Shown here one piece after another: positions 30,535 to 41,398 of a stretch of DNA of 64,000 bases; positions within the stretch are counted from its first letter, which is position 1, and each line of letters begins with the position of its first letter. Where the stretch lies: NCBI GenBank assembly GCA_009859145.1, contig VRVR01000057.1, positions 62,001 to 126,000 on the forward strand, written 5' to 3'. The notes beneath the pieces were generated by a model. The model was not told where the DNA came from. It saw nothing but the letters and a program-made list of their open reading frames with translations, and did no database searches. A program made the position numbers and the translations under genes. The stretch is from Andalucia godoyi And28. Its lineage: Eukaryota > Protista > Jakobida.

Positions 30535-32052
30535 ATGCTCAAGTTCTTGAAAAAACCAAAAAGAACAGAATCGGATCAATCTGCGACACAATCGAGCTCA
30601 GGACCCGGTGACGTTCCGGACGTCGTTCGATGTCCGATTTGCGATGCACATGTGTTTTCGTTGTTTCTGAACGACCACATTGATTCAGGATGCACGCTGC
30701 ACTGCTCTGCACACTCCAATGCGTCTAAGAAGCGAGATGCGCCCTCCGTCTCCTCGGCGAAGTCCGCTCCGTCTCCAAGTGTTGAAGCGTTGTCCGATCC
30801 AATTGCGTGCGGTGGTTCGTGTTCTAGCCCTTCTGTGTTCGATGTTTTATCTCCTAAAACAAGCGACTCTTTTGTTAGGAAACGTCGCCGTGCTCAGGCA
30901 GATGTCCCGTATATGCAGGGACATTTCGTGCTGACGCGGACTGCGGAGCTCGGATACCGCGTGGTGTTCTTTAAATCGTTCGACGAAGCGAAACGAGACT
31001 TCCGCGATGAGACCATTTCATCTTTTGGAAAATCAGGGGACTGCCACTTCTATTCTTGCTTCCCCAATCCTGGTCCCACTGGAGCGGGAAACTCTCGCGA
31101 GGCATCGGAACTCGTGCACCCGTCAGTTGTGGGACCTTCTCCTCCGTTGCCCTTGTTGAAGTCGGTGCTTCAAAAGGCCATTCGAAGAGGAAAAGCTGCT
31201 GTCGCAATGCGCATTGCAATGCACATGATGCGCAGTCACTGTGTTGATTTCTTGCGGAGGCTGTGCATCATTATTGTGGAGGATGTGATGCTGCACCCTT
31301 CCTACGACGTGCTTGTTTGGATGATGTGTGCTTCTACAATTGCACAAACCCTCAAAGGAGATTGCGTGTGGAGTCCTTTGCCGTATGACTTTGAGTTTGT
31401 TTGTCGAGTTGTGTTTCAATTGTGTGCTGTGGAACAAAGAGATCCGATTCCATGGGGCGTTGAAAGCGCCAATGTGCACCCATTCACGAATGACGATTTG
31501 GTTTCTCTGGAGCCCTCAGCGTCGATTCTCATACAGAGTCTGTTGATTCGCAGCGAATTCGGAGGTATGGGTGGAGATATAGTGCTCTTGAGGAACGCTG
31601 CCAAAAAGTGGTTTGCTCGCTTCAAGACGCAGAGCGGAATGAAACGATTGCTCGAAATTTTCGCTGAGGTTGGCGTACGTCACTTGAAGCCGGAGAGGTT
31701 TTCCGTTTTGACAGTTGCGAATATCGGAGACGACATTGAGGTGTGGAAGGTCGGGGTCGATCATCACGTTTCTAGAGTCGCAGAGGTTGTCGTGGAGCAT
31801 CTTCGAAGCGACGTTGCGTTTTGTTCGTTATGTGCTGGCGCAGACATGCTGTCCATCGTTGGGTCTGCAATTTGGGAATTCCGTTCTTCTGTGAATTTCA
31901 GATCGAAGAGTTTCGAAAATGAGCCGCTGGATACGAAGACGTCGGATGCTGCAGCACCAACGTTGGAGCGGATCTGGGCGCTCATAGAAGCAGAAGTGGA
32001 TCGTTTCGCTCATCAATATGTTATGAAAAAGACACCAGGAACGACCTCTTAA
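30535..32052 (+). CDS. UBZ4 (RAD18-type) zinc-finger protein with a C-terminal MgsA/RarA-like helical region
   Basis: VRCPICDAHV...LNDHIDSGC; KSVLQKAIRRG and FLRRLCIIIVED; no Walker A motif seen. Confidence 0.75.
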   Translation: MLKFLKKPKRTESDQSATQSSSGPGDVPDVVRCPICDAHVFSLFLNDHIDSGCTLHCSAHSNASKKRDAPSVSSAKSAPSPSVEALSDPIACGGSCSSPSVFDVLSPKTSDSFVRKRRRAQADVPYMQGHFVLTRTAELGYRVVFFKSFDEAKRDFRDETISSFGKSGDCHFYSCFPNPGPTGAGNSREASELVHPSVVGPSPPLPLLKSVLQKAIRRGKAAVAMRIAMHMMRSHCVDFLRRLCIIIVEDVMLHPSYDVLVWMMCASTIAQTLKGDCVWSPLPYDFEFVCRVVFQLCAVEQRDPIPWGVESANVHPFTNDDLVSLEPSASILIQSLLIRSEFGGMGGDIVLLRNAAKKWFARFKTQSGMKRLLEIFAEVGVRHLKPERFSVLTVANIGDDIEVWKVGVDHHVSRVAEVVVEHLRSDVAFCSLCAGADMLSIVGSAIWEFRSSVNFRSKSFENEPLDTKTSDAAAPTLERIWALIEAEVDRFAHQYVMKKTPGTTS

Positions 32053-32368
32053 TTCTCTGCTATTTCCGTTTCACATCACTCTGCAGTGTGTCGCGTGGTT
32101 GTTTTTCCTGGAAAATGAATGAAACGACAAATACTCTCTCCAACTTCCCGACTTCCCGACTTCCCGACTCGGTCTCTGCGGGGCCCATACGAAAATACCC
32201 CCGATTCTCAAGCAAGCTTTGTTGCTTGCTGGCTGTTTTCATTCCCCCCAGTTTTTCGTTTTTCGGTGTCATTCTGCAGTCTGCAAGGCACATTTCTGTT
32301 GATAAATTTCCGATTCGATTCTTGTTTATTTTTTTGTTATAAATAACAAAACACAGGTGACGATTGGC

Positions 32369-33505
32369 ATGCATTTATCGACTGTTGCCGTCACTGGCGG
32401 AACTGGCTTCATTGCCTCACATCTGATCAAAGCTCTTCTGGAATCCGGATTGACTGTTCATGCGACAGTCAGATCCCTCCACTGTGCACAGGACACAATG
32501 GAATCTTCGGACACGTCCAGTCGAGTTTCTGTCCTTCAAAGTTTGTTTTCGAATTACTTGCAAACGCAGAAGCTCGTGCTGTTTGAAGCTCCTTTAATTG
32601 GGCCTTCTTCTGAAGAATGTGTTCGGCGATTTCGCATGGCATTTGAAGGATGCGACGGCGTGTTTCACACAGCGTCGCCTTTCTTCACTGGAAAAGACGG
32701 GCTGAAAGTCAATCTTGATCCAGAGGTGGCTCAAAAGGAGCTGATTGATCCTGCTGTGATGGGTACTCGCCATGTGCTGCAAGCGTGCTGCGATGTTCGG
32801 TGCCGTCGAGTTGTGCTTACGTCTTCGAATGCTGCCATTCAGGGCCGAGAGGCACCGTCGCAAATTTCAGATTCTATCTTGGAAGAAAAAGACTTGTCAT
32901 CGGAAGAAATCAAGTATCTGAACTCGAGCTTTTCCGAGAAAGATTGGTCTGATCCGGTGCTTCTGAAAGAAAAGAAACTCTGGTATGCCCTGTCGAAGAC
33001 GTTGGCGGAGCGGACAGCTCTCGATGAATTTTCCGATCATCTTGATATTCGGGTTGTTAACCCTACATTGGTTCTCGGTCCCTTGCTGACAAAGCATCTG
33101 AATCAGTCTCATAAGAGAATTCTGGAAATTTTTGATGGTACCTGGAAAGAGGTTGCCAACGCTACGTTTGGAGTGGTACACATTGCTGATGTCGTGGAGG
33201 CCCATGTTCTGTGCATGACGACGGAGTCGGCCGACGCGAGAGGAAGACATCTCTGTCTTGGCTGCGCGCTGCATTGGAAAGATATCTGCGATGCTCTTGC
33301 AGAGGTTTTGAAAGAACTAGGTTATGCGGATTTCGTCTCCATGCCTCCGAACCTGACGCCCGCCCAAAACCTGGAAAAGCCAAAGCAATTTGATGTGCGG
33401 AAAACAGAGCGTTTGCTAGGACATCCTTTCAAGGGCCTTAAAGAAACTCTGAAGGATTCTGTGCAGGCCATGGTAGAACAAGGATTGTGGAAGCCAACAA
33501 AGTAA
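32369..33505 (+). CDS. NAD(P)-dependent epimerase/dehydratase (cinnamoyl-CoA reductase/dihydroflavonol reductase-like extended SDR)
   Basis: VTGGTGFIA, FHTASPF, PAVMGT, LTSS, WYALSKTLAE, NPTLVLGP. Confidence 0.9.
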   Translation: MHLSTVAVTGGTGFIASHLIKALLESGLTVHATVRSLHCAQDTMESSDTSSRVSVLQSLFSNYLQTQKLVLFEAPLIGPSSEECVRRFRMAFEGCDGVFHTASPFFTGKDGLKVNLDPEVAQKELIDPAVMGTRHVLQACCDVRCRRVVLTSSNAAIQGREAPSQISDSILEEKDLSSEEIKYLNSSFSEKDWSDPVLLKEKKLWYALSKTLAERTALDEFSDHLDIRVVNPTLVLGPLLTKHLNQSHKRILEIFDGTWKEVANATFGVVHIADVVEAHVLCMTTESADARGRHLCLGCALHWKDICDALAEVLKELGYADFVSMPPNLTPAQNLEKPKQFDVRKTERLLGHPFKGLKETLKDSVQAMVEQGLWKPTK

Positions 33506-33531
33506 ATGGAGGGGCGAGTTTTATCAAAATA

Positions 33532-36500
33532 CTATGCGGGAAGCAACTTCAGCTTGCTCATCAGCAAGGCGTGGAACTTCTTGGACTCACTTGGATACTG
33601 CTGCTTCCATGGATAGACACCATAGCCTTCTAGAGCGGCAACTGCCAGAATGTCGACAAATTGTTGGAACGAGATCTTTGCGGCGTACTCGGCGGTCTGG
33701 GGTACCTTGGTAACAGCGGCTGCAATTCTTGAAAGTCTGGCTCGGGAAATAAGGTCTGGAACAACTGCAAAGTCTTGCAGGATCTTGTCAAGAACGATAC
33801 GCGATAACGACGGAGACGCAGAGGATGCAGAAGACGCAGAAGACGCAGAAGACGCAGAACGCGGTCTCGTCAGCGGATGGGGACTGATGACCGTTGACTG
33901 CGGAGGTTGCGCGAGGTCAGAAACCCGTTGCTGACGATCCTTTTCCCGCTCAAGATACCGAAGGAAGAGATTGAGCAAACTCTTCTCGAATTTCTGAAAT
34001 GTCTGTGACAGATCGGGATACTGCATACGAGGTGAAACAAAGTCCGTGGACGACGCCGCGATTTGGACAGACCCGCTGACATCCGGCACGGATCCAGGCG
34101 CAGTACTGATCGGAGACACTGCAGGTGCCACTTTCTGACCTCCAGATGATGATCGTGGACGAGAGACAACGGGGACAATCGATTCACCCGCCCGTCGGCC
34201 GAACGGAAAAACATGCCTATCCAACAGTCTGAGGAGAGCTTCCACGGGCAACTTTTCCGTACCATAACCCATATGAATCGAAATGCGCAATAAAATTCTC
34301 TTGAACAACTTATAATCAACTCCTTTTCGGGTGCTCAATTCGCTATCAAACTGCTTGAGGCATTGATGCGAAGCACCATCTTCAATGCGAACGTTTCGGC
34401 AGAACTTGAGAAACGATGCCTGCGAGAGCGTGCACGAAGAAATATCGAATCCAATCTCATCCAGGGATTCAATTCCGCAGTAGTGAATAAAAATGGATCG
34501 AAGATCCGCCTCTTTCTCAGGCGAAAGAAGATGCAAATCTTCGTCGTCAACGCAGACAACAGTCAACGCTGTTGGAGGTACAAGTTGATAATTCCAAGTT
34601 GCAATGACTCCCAATCTATAGCCCCGCTTCTCCAAAAAGTTTCGGATGTAGTTTGAATCGTCGAAATGCAGATGCTGAAACAAAAATTCGGTGCGATCTA
34701 CAATCGACAACAATTTTTCGGAGTAAGGGTGCTTGGAGTATGCCACCTCGGCAATCCTGGCTAGGCACTTTCCAAAGTCGAAGGCATCATCAATAACACC
34801 GATACTCTCTCCGTTCTTGGACGAGTATGAAACGCCGGTTTCCTTGGCGTTCAACTTGCGCGACAAAACCGTCGACCGAAAGACACGAAACAACTGCGAT
34901 TTGTTGATAACAGAAGGCAGGATATCGAAATCGACCGCAAAGACGGACAATTCGTGAAGAGAAAGGGACTTGTTGGATGCAGCCACGTCGTCCCATCTAG
35001 CTGCTTCGATAGATTCCATTGTGCAGTATGTACCAAAAATCACTCGTAGTGAGTGTTTGTACTTTGCAGAATTCAGCAAAGAATCTAACTCGGGAGTGTC
35101 AATGTCATCCGGAGTGTATACTGAATCGATACGAGAGGCACGAGGAAGAATATACTCTTCCAACAAACGAGAAAAACTCTCATCGCGAAGGGAATGAGTA
35201 AAACTCCCAGACTGAAATAAATCTGGATGGAATCGAAAAACGGAAACGTCTCGCAGCAAATCCATGCATTCATCAAAATCAATTCGCTTTTCAGCCTTCG
35301 GCTTGACGAACTTGGCGAAGAGGGCATCTGCTTGCAAAGGCAAAAATGGGATCGTTCTATCAAACACACCGATATCCCTGAGCAACTTTGAAAACTTAGA
35401 TTGCGAAAGCCGAAGATCCGACGACTTGTGGTCGCTAAAACTCGAATAGAAGAGGTAGATGCGATGCAATTCTTCCTTCAAAAGACCAGCATCTTGCAAA
35501 AAGCGATCAAAACTTCTCTCAGAACGTGTCGACACCGAGTAGCTTGATCCATCCACAGACTCTGCACCATCCGGAACGACGGACATGTCCTCAAGAGACG
35601 GTTCCAGAGGGTTGGCGCGGAGCCACAGAGATGCGCGCAGACCAGATCGTCTAAGATGAATCACAAATCTGGACGCATCTCCAAACCCAATGTCAGAAAG
35701 AAAACTTTCCAGGCGGCTCGCAGCCTGTCCGTCTTTGTCAAAAAAAGACGAACGCGGCATAGCACCAGAAAGAGATCCCACAAATTCCGATGAACGACTT
35801 AAAAACTCCAAGAACTCAGGATACGTGAAGTTAGCAGAGCTGGCGGATCCATTAGACTGCGGAATATGAACGCCGTGCACGGACTGCGGACCTAGTCTTG
35901 ATGAAACCACAAAGCGATGCATCAGATGCGGAACGATATCAAAATGCGTAACAAAGATCATAATCTCTGCAAGCGTCAACATGGCATGGTGTTTCACAAT
36001 TTCTTCCCATGTCGGTGCAAAGCTGGCATGAATGTCAATCGTCGAATACAACATGAATGCTACTTTCAAATGGCGCGAAAACCTTTGGTGCACATGCACG
36101 AGCGAAGGAGAAAATACACGACTCAATTCCTCTCTGTCTTTTGATATGTCTTCCCACGGATTCTCATGGTCCAGATAGGTCCTCAGCAAAGCAGAAACTG
36201 TGAAAATGTGCTTCTTTGTTTCGAGTACTTTCGAGAAAATATCACAAAATTCGTCATATTCTATGATTTCCGCTCCGCTTAAAACAGAATTGAATCCCAA
36301 GATACTCCGCATTATTGATTCTAGGTGCTCTAGATGAAATTCATCGTCAAAACAGCTGCAGTAGCGAAGAAGGATGCACACATCAAGGGTCTGCACACAC
36401 CCAAACCACGAATGTATGTCGCTGTATATGGAAAACAACAGATTCATGGATGCCTGATCCTCTCGAACGGAATAAAATGACGAAGAAGTAATGAATCGTC

Positions 36501-37623
36501 GAGAGCCAATTACATGAGCCGAGTCCATGCGATTAATCTGGGAAAAGTCAGACACGGGACTTGATGAAAGAAAACGAACCGAGGAGAGATCCACTTTCAC
36601 GGCAAACTCTTCAAAAGAAGAACTGGTAGGCGTGCCGCCATTCACTTGAAGATTCGCCGGACTCCCATTCTCTTCTTCATGCAATCGCAGTTCGAACACA
36701 TCCGTGTATTCTGCATGTTCGCCAAGCCCTCCGATTACATAGGTCGCTTCCCCGCAGGTCGCCATGTAAGCATTATACCGCGCAGACGGAACAGAAACTG
36801 ATTCCATAGCAGCAGTCACTTTTTTCCAGGTTCCACTGGACAGCGAAAACATCATACACGTTGACAAGACTGTTTTCGAAACGTCCGAAGCTCGACCACC
36901 ATAAATGAGCAATCCGCTGAGAGCAGGAATAAACGACATGGATAAGTAAGCGCGAGGAATGGGAACCTCAGTTCGTGCAGGAGGCGCAAAATACTTCCAA
37001 TTTCGAGATGATGTGGAAAACTGCCAGAGATCCGACACGAACACCCCGTCTTTGACATCGCCGCCGCAGACGAAAAACGAATCTGTGTGGACAGCCATTG
37101 CATGATTTTTGCGTGCCTGCGGTAAGGAACCGGAAACATGACATAAGCTCCAAGTGCGAGCCGGAAACGTGAATTCAAACACATCCGGAGACAATGAACC
37201 ATCGACACGACTGCCTCCAAAAAGAAAAGCAGAAGATCCAATGCAGCACAGTGAAAACCCACTGAGCGATTGTGGCCACGCAGATTGGTTGACGCTGGAT
37301 ACGCCAGTGAACAGATTCTTGTAAATGTCAAAGAAGGCGCACTGTGGCGGTTTGGAAGTGTCTAGATCACTAAACACGAACAAGCACAGCTTGAACGAAT
37401 CCGAATACGCAACTCGGGCGTAAGCAGCATGCTTTGGAATGTCTCCAGTAAGCCGGACCTCGGAAAATGACTGTGTATAGACGTCATAAACAAAGCAAGA
37501 CAAAAATGGGGAATGAGATGAGCTGGTAAACACGAAGACGGCGCTATTGACGAGAACCGAGCAGAGAATCTTGGAACTGTGTAGATCAAAACTCTGCAGT
37601 TTCTTCCATGACACCGTACTCAT
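33532..37623 (-). CDS. Kelch-repeat protein with C-terminal EF-hand/p25alpha (TPPP)-like repeats
   Basis: FLFGG, FVCGG, LIYGG and YVIGG Kelch blades; RLSQSKFSKLLRD...ADALFAKFVKPKAEKRIDFDE resembles p25alpha. Likely ATG at 37623. Confidence 0.75.
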   Translation of the reverse strand: MSTVSWKKLQSFDLHSSKILCSVLVNSAVFVFTSSSHSPFLSCFVYDVYTQSFSEVRLTGDIPKHAAYARVAYSDSFKLCLFVFSDLDTSKPPQCAFFDIYKNLFTGVSSVNQSAWPQSLSGFSLCCIGSSAFLFGGSRVDGSLSPDVFEFTFPARTWSLCHVSGSLPQARKNHAMAVHTDSFFVCGGDVKDGVFVSDLWQFSTSSRNWKYFAPPARTEVPIPRAYLSMSFIPALSGLLIYGGRASDVSKTVLSTCMMFSLSSGTWKKVTAAMESVSVPSARYNAYMATCGEATYVIGGLGEHAEYTDVFELRLHEEENGSPANLQVNGGTPTSSSFEEFAVKVDLSSVRFLSSSPVSDFSQINRMDSAHVIGSRRFITSSSFYSVREDQASMNLLFSIYSDIHSWFGCVQTLDVCILLRYCSCFDDEFHLEHLESIMRSILGFNSVLSGAEIIEYDEFCDIFSKVLETKKHIFTVSALLRTYLDHENPWEDISKDREELSRVFSPSLVHVHQRFSRHLKVAFMLYSTIDIHASFAPTWEEIVKHHAMLTLAEIMIFVTHFDIVPHLMHRFVVSSRLGPQSVHGVHIPQSNGSASSANFTYPEFLEFLSRSSEFVGSLSGAMPRSSFFDKDGQAASRLESFLSDIGFGDASRFVIHLRRSGLRASLWLRANPLEPSLEDMSVVPDGAESVDGSSYSVSTRSERSFDRFLQDAGLLKEELHRIYLFYSSFSDHKSSDLRLSQSKFSKLLRDIGVFDRTIPFLPLQADALFAKFVKPKAEKRIDFDECMDLLRDVSVFRFHPDLFQSGSFTHSLRDESFSRLLEEYILPRASRIDSVYTPDDIDTPELDSLLNSAKYKHSLRVIFGTYCTMESIEAARWDDVAASNKSLSLHELSVFAVDFDILPSVINKSQLFRVFRSTVLSRKLNAKETGVSYSSKNGESIGVIDDAFDFGKCLARIAEVAYSKHPYSEKLLSIVDRTEFLFQHLHFDDSNYIRNFLEKRGYRLGVIATWNYQLVPPTALTVVCVDDEDLHLLSPEKEADLRSIFIHYCGIESLDEIGFDISSCTLSQASFLKFCRNVRIEDGASHQCLKQFDSELSTRKGVDYKLFKRILLRISIHMGYGTEKLPVEALLRLLDRHVFPFGRRAGESIVPVVSRPRSSSGGQKVAPAVSPISTAPGSVPDVSGSVQIAASSTDFVSPRMQYPDLSQTFQKFEKSLLNLFLRYLEREKDRQQRVSDLAQPPQSTVISPHPLTRPRSASSASSASSASSASPSLSRIVLDKILQDFAVVPDLISRARLSRIAAAVTKVPQTAEYAAKISFQQFVDILAVAALEGYGVYPWKQQYPSESKKFHALLMSKLKLLPA

Positions 37624-38155
37624 CTCGAAACAGAGAACGGAAGATTTCAAATCAACCACAGTATGGTTCAAACAGAAAACACCTCAAGGAACGACAAGCG
37701 AAATACTCGGCAATTGCAGGGGGAGGGGAGAAGGGAGGATAACGACGACAATGAAGAAGAAGAAGAAGAAGAAGAAGGCAGCCAAGAAGAAGATACCAAT
37801 TGACGAAACACAACAACGGCGGGTGCAAGTGGTTGTTGGGGAAATTCCAGCAAATTTGCTGATTCAACGCCGAACAAAGATGACCGCCAGTGAAGGGGCC
37901 GACAAGAGTCGAATCGGAAACGACCACACTTTGAGAAAATTACGTGCGGGCAGTCCCGAAGGACCGTTGCGGATAATAACGCATCAACAGGCATCAACCA
38001 GTCAGCACGAAAAGTCCGTCCGTCGTCATTCGAAGGGGGGCTTCTGCACTGCTGGTTTTCAGATGATTTGCTTTTTTATTCTGGATGCTGTCTTTTTGTT
38101 TGGCGTTCTGTTAAATCGACGTGTCGGACTCGTGGACGCGGACTCTCTAATAACA

Positions 38156-38770
38156 ATGTCCCAAATTGCGGGTTCGAGCTGGAGCAATCGTGAGGTGCAG
38201 CGGTTTTTCAAGGCGCTGAACCGATATTCCAGGCATCTTCCCGACTCGATCGCTCGCGAAGTGCGGACAAAAAACGTGCAGCAGGTTTGCAAGTACATTC
38301 GTAGACTTGAGGCAGTTGTTGCCCAATCTTCGATCCAGACGAGAATGTTTCGGCGTGCTGCTGGAGTTTCCGAGGAACCAGAGGAAGCTCCTCATCCTCA
38401 AACTATGTCGGACATTGCTGCTGAGCGTGGGTCAGCGCTGAGCATTCCACACCGCGATGAACCGAACAGACTGCTTGTTCGACCCTCTGGATTGGATTAT
38501 ATTTCACAGATAATTTTCAATAATCCACAGTCTGCGGCTTCTGAAGAAATTGCAGAAACGTTGGCAAAAGGGTTAAAGTTGTTTCTCGAACGCCTGGTAC
38601 ACTTGTCAGTGGCTTTTGCAGCTGCAAGAAGCCGGTCACTGGTCTCCATTTTGGTTCCTCACAAGAGCTCTCTGGATTTGGAGGTATCAAAATCGGATGT
38701 TCACGCGGCTTGCATTTCAATGGGATTTGAAGATCTGACTGCAGAAAAGGAAAATTCACACAGTACATGA
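38156..38770 (+). CDS. SANT/Myb-domain protein with a C-terminal histone-fold-like helix set, RRN5-like; start uncertain
   Basis: SSWSNREVQRFFKALNRYSRHLPDSIAREVRTKNVQQVCKYI and LFLERLVHLSV...VSKSDVHAACISMG. The track ORF from 37547 overlaps the Kelch gene and low-complexity DNA. Confidence 0.6.
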   Translation: MSQIAGSSWSNREVQRFFKALNRYSRHLPDSIAREVRTKNVQQVCKYIRRLEAVVAQSSIQTRMFRRAAGVSEEPEEAPHPQTMSDIAAERGSALSIPHRDEPNRLLVRPSGLDYISQIIFNNPQSAASEEIAETLAKGLKLFLERLVHLSVAFAAARSRSLVSILVPHKSSLDLEVSKSDVHAACISMGFEDLTAEKENSHST

Positions 38771-41398
38771 AGGAATGCCCTTCTGCACAGCCTTTTCTTA
38801 TTCTGTTGTACTGTCAGCCAGACTGCTGGATTCTTTGGGGGATTGCCGTTGCGATTCAGCTACCACAAAGAAGCACCTATCGCGTTGTTCGGGGCACCGA
38901 CGTCCGACGTAAGCAGAATGGGGCCGTGTTTGCATTGATGACTGCGAAGTTGTGTGCGGTACTGTCCATTCGACATCCTTTCTTGGAAGATTCCAGAAAC
39001 CACTCCAGGAGCGACCGTCGATTGTCTTCAGTACTCGGGACATATCCGTGTTTGTGGGAAAAGAACGGAGCAGAACGCAGCTGTCGCATGTATGCCAACA
39101 GAAATTTATGTAATTTGTTCATATTGCAACAGATTTTCCAGCTGAAAGCGAGTAATTGCTTGTTTTGCTTCTGAATGCAATAAGAGTGGCTTCGCGGTCC
39201 ATTGCTTCCTCGATTTTCCAAAAAATCTGGATTGGAAAGAAAACCTTCTAAAAGAGATACCTGCCGGAGGACAACCGCCGGCAGCAGGTAAAGACAAGTT
39301 CGGTTAGTCCACTTTGCCATGATAAATTCATTCGGAACGTCATCCCCCGGCAAATCTGTACCAAATGGAACGACATGCATGCATGAACAGAATAATGTGC
39401 TGCCGGAAGACCGCGGTGAATCGCACTGTTCTCCATGGAGGCCATACAGAACTTCGGAGTTTTCAAGGAGGTCCGTGGGGTGCAGAAACACCCATGGGTG
39501 CGAAAGCGTATATCAGCAACACTGAAAGGATCCAAAAGGAAATGGTGTATCGAAGTTCCATATCTGAACAGTCCAGCACATGGAACAAGACACATATTGG
39601 AACTGCAAGCTCGGCAGTTTGCAAATGGAGCGGGACAAGAGAGGAAGCGCATCGGGGAACGGAAAAATCAGTAAAAAACAAGAACTGCGGATGGAAATAT
39701 CATCTCGTAATTATGAGATACTTGCAAACGAGCTGGTGGGTGCACCATTGGACGTCTCTGACAGCACACCGAATCCGCAGTATTGGCAAGCCATAGGCGA
39801 AGCTTGCGGTTCGAGACGTACGGTGACTGGCCAGTCCAGGAACGGCCATGCAAAATCCCGTTTATCCACTCATGAAATGTCAAGATCTTCCTTTGCAACA
39901 CGAAGGAAATAATGTGCAAAAGATCTGTCGTTGTCAAATATTGAAGAAACCACAAAAACATAAAGAAGGCCACTGGATATCCAAGGAATTCAGGTGGCAA
40001 TTTCTAATGGTCCCCGAAGGACAGACACACCAAAGGATTATGGTAACCCGAATAAAATGCAGTGAGATGTAAGCCAATCTGATAACCTGCCGTGCCACCA
40101 TCGATCACATGAGAACACACTGATAACTGTCGAGTAATCGGCTCCAAAAATTCGTGCTGGAGCTTTTGTCCGAGCAATGGTTCTGAACATTTAACCACCT
40201 ACTTGTGGAATGCCCCTGCAGGAAGAATTCCTGCATTTGGAAACGTTATAAAAGTAAAATGCGCAGTTGTGTTTGAAGTCGACTTACCCCAGTTTCGTGC
40301 TGAGGATTCTGCGAGCAATTACAATCTCCCGGTTCGTGATGTGGCGCTGAACCTGCATGGTAAATGAAAGCCTGCATATGCAATTGTAATAACTCTGATA
40401 TGCAAATATGTGCTCTGCCAGTGATCTGCCTTTCGTTTAACACCAGGACCACTTTTCCGATTTAAACAAGAAACCTAACGTGTGCAAAGTATACAGTTGG
40501 CATAGTCAACAGCATATTATGAAGAACGCGCCATAGATTTGTGCATTTGGGTGTGGGAGCCTTTCTTCAGTTTTGCCGTGTTCCGTTGTCCACCGTCGGC
40601 TCTGTCACTCATCGTCGGAATGAGCCTTATTAAATGAAAAACACGCAGACTTTACACCGTCGTGCAGTACAGTCCTGTTTCCGAAAGATACTGTGCTGCT
40701 GTTGCGCAGGGCGCACGAAGTCATTCCTCTGCCGTTTTCTGACGCCGCACTGATCTGCATTCGATTCCTCTGCAGTCGAATTGTTTTAAACGCCAGTTGA
40801 GGCGAAAGCCGTGACATACTGTCATATCGATAGAAGTGCAGTGATTTTGGTGAGTATTCTTTGTTGCGCAGTTGTGCTGGATTTCTGGTTTTTGACGGCA
40901 GTGGATTCATGGAATCATTCCGACACAACGCAATACGTAACTTTTCTCTCTGTTTGATCTTCGGCGAGTTATCATTCGCATTTTTATTTGACTGGTTTCG
41001 CGACGCTTCTTGTCTTAGCAAGCTTTTCCACCTAATTGGTTGAATTTCGGTTTGCCATCAGAATTCGGGAATGGACTTCTTGTCCTTTCGCTTCTCATCA
41101 TGAGAACGTTTCTGGGACTTTTCTCTTTCGCACATTGCTGATTCTGCCCTGCTGTTCCACGCCTGCATCAGTATCTGCATTGTTGTTTTCTCGTTTTCAA
41201 CTTACACTGGCGACTGATAGTATTTGACGTATTTTCCCAGCTTCGAGTTCGTTCGGTGCACACAACGTCATGTAAATGCTGGAGGATGGAGGTTTGGTGG
41301 CCTCTTTGTACAACCGACTGACGCAAATCAACGACCAAGTAAAGAGTTTCCCACAATGACTTTTTTTAATTATTGAAACGAAAGGAAGCCAATAGATC

